Source: an uncultured bacterium | GTDB lineage: Bacteria; Acidobacteriota; HRBIN11; JAKEFK01 | Direction: 5' to 3' | Assembly: GCA_963777505.1 (NCBI GenBank) | Contig: CAVZQN010000006.1 | Location: 224,001 to 288,000 of the forward strand | Length of the DNA: 64,000 bases | Program-made: the position numbers and the translations under genes | Part shown: positions 62,642 to 64,000 of the stretch, piece after piece | Layout: the number at the start of each line of letters is the position of its first letter | Position numbering within the stretch: the stretch's first letter is position 1 | Notes under the pieces: model-generated | Told to the model about the DNA's origin: nothing | The model's input: the letters and a program-made list of their open reading frames with translations, nothing else | The model's database searches: none

Positions 62642-63745
62642 ATGGAAAAACGGCGAATTCAGATTAAGCATCTCGGGTTCCCCGTGGGCCGCTTTCCTAC
62701 CGGTCCTAAAAACTCCATCACAGATGTATCAGGTGTACGAGTTGGCCACAGCACCATCGTTCGTGGTTCAGGCTCTCGTGTTCCTGGAAAAGGTCCTGTC
62801 CGGACAGGTGTGACTGCGATTGTTCCTGATGGCAACATCTATATGGAACGTGTTATTTCCGGCGCGTACATTCTCCATGGCGCAGGAGAAGTGAGCGGAC
62901 TGATTCAAATTCAAGAATGGGGAATTATCGAAACACCTATCCTCCTTACGAATACTTTGAGTGTCGGACGTGTAAGCGATGCTTGTGTGAAATGGATGTC
63001 AGACAAATATCCGCAAATGGGAAACGATTACGAAGTTGTAATTCCAGTTGTTGGGGAATGTGATGATAGCTTTTTAAATGATGCTGTTGGACGTCATATC
63101 AAGGCAAGACATGTCTTTGATGCATTAAACGGTGCTTCTGATGCAACCGTTCCTGAAGGCTCTGTTGGAGCCGGAACCGGAATGGTGTGCTGTGATTTCA
63201 AAGGAGGAATCGGAAGCAGCTCCAGAATCATTATGATGGCAGATCATCCCTACAATATAGGTGTACTTGTTCTTACAAACTTTGGAAGGATAGGCGACCT
63301 TCGTATTCTAGGAATTCCGGTTGGACAAAAATTGCTGAATTCTTTTTCCGCAATCAAGAAACGGTCCGATAATTTTGGTTCCATTATCGCCATCGTTGCA
63401 ACTGACCTACCGTTGAACAAGACTCAACTTGATTGGCTTTGCAAACGTTCAGCACTCGGTATCGGACGCTGCGGAAGTTATGCATCCTATACAAGTGGTG
63501 AAATCATTGTAGGCTTTGCAACCGCAAACAAGATTCTTCGTGAACCGGAATCTGCGATTATGCAGCAGGATTTTTTGTATTCACAATTTATGGATGATCC
63601 GTTTGAAGCTACGATTGAAGCTACAGAAGAAGCAATCATTAACAGTCTTATTAATAATCACGACATGGTTGGAGCCGATGAAAATTTTGTTCCAGCTTTG
63701 CCTGTCGATAAATTAACCTCAATGCTTCGACGCGCAATAGGCTAA
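62642..63745 (+). CDS. P1/S58 family peptidase (DmpA-like)
   Basis: NSITDVSGVRVGH, GSVGAGTGM...FKGGIGSSSR. Confidence 0.9.
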   Translation: MEKRRIQIKHLGFPVGRFPTGPKNSITDVSGVRVGHSTIVRGSGSRVPGKGPVRTGVTAIVPDGNIYMERVISGAYILHGAGEVSGLIQIQEWGIIETPILLTNTLSVGRVSDACVKWMSDKYPQMGNDYEVVIPVVGECDDSFLNDAVGRHIKARHVFDALNGASDATVPEGSVGAGTGMVCCDFKGGIGSSSRIIMMADHPYNIGVLVLTNFGRIGDLRILGIPVGQKLLNSFSAIKKRSDNFGSIIAIVATDLPLNKTQLDWLCKRSALGIGRCGSYASYTSGEIIVGFATANKILREPESAIMQQDFLYSQFMDDPFEATIEATEEAIINSLINNHDMVGADENFVPALPVDKLTSMLRRAIG

Positions 63746-63779
63746 CTCAGTGTCTTTGCGGTTCTAAATTCGGAGGGAT

Positions 63780-64000
63780 ATGCGAACTCTATTTCTGATG
63801 CTGTTGATTTTTCAATCTGTATTTGTCTTTGCTGAAACTGATAAGAAACCGATCACTGTTGAAGATGTTTGGAATGTAAAGCGCATCGGCGCTCCATCGC
63901 TTTCACCAGACGGAGGATGGATTGCTGTCGATGTAACGTCTTTTGACATGAAGGAAAACAATTCAACATCGGATATCTGGTTGATTCCAACATCTTCCTC
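63780..64000 (+). CDS. Probable S9 family peptidase, N-terminus (runs off window)
   Basis: Signal peptide, then KPITVEDVWNVKRIGAPSLSPDGGWIA. Confidence 0.6.
   Translation, partial: MRTLFLMLLIFQSVFVFAETDKKPITVEDVWNVKRIGAPSLSPDGGWIAVDVTSFDMKENNSTSDIWLIPTSS

Overview
Bacterial chromosomal segment, probably Acidobacteriota-like (inferred from an acidobacterial-type PadR + duplicated orphan permease pair and a TolB-like/TPR protein). It is mostly housekeeping and envelope genes (rpsO-pnp, uvrA, ychF, thrA-asd, queC/queD, acnA, typA, kup, a MacAB-like exporter), with tRNA-Leu(TAG), tRNA-Cys(GCA) and several families of short intergenic repeats. I found no CRISPR array, transposase or prophage. Many genes are broken by single-base indels, densest at about 27-34.7 kb, which looks like sequencing-consensus error. 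Highlight 1: a near-leaderless Cys-rich leader peptide (49010-49093) with an antiterminator and two tandem, apparently coupled terminators, upstream of a catalytically degenerate sulfate adenylyltransferase homolog and tRNA-Cys. This is a candidate cysteine-sensing two-tier transcription attenuator. Highlight 2: a bacterial annexin with two GxGT-[38]-E repeats fused to a peptidoglycan-binding domain, behind a sigma54-type promoter. Other oddities are a pseudokinase-kinase LytS tandem fusion, a secreted Tyr/Gly + SGYRGG-repeat protein and an anti-sigma/TPR fusion. All calls come from reading the sequence by eye; no database searches were run.
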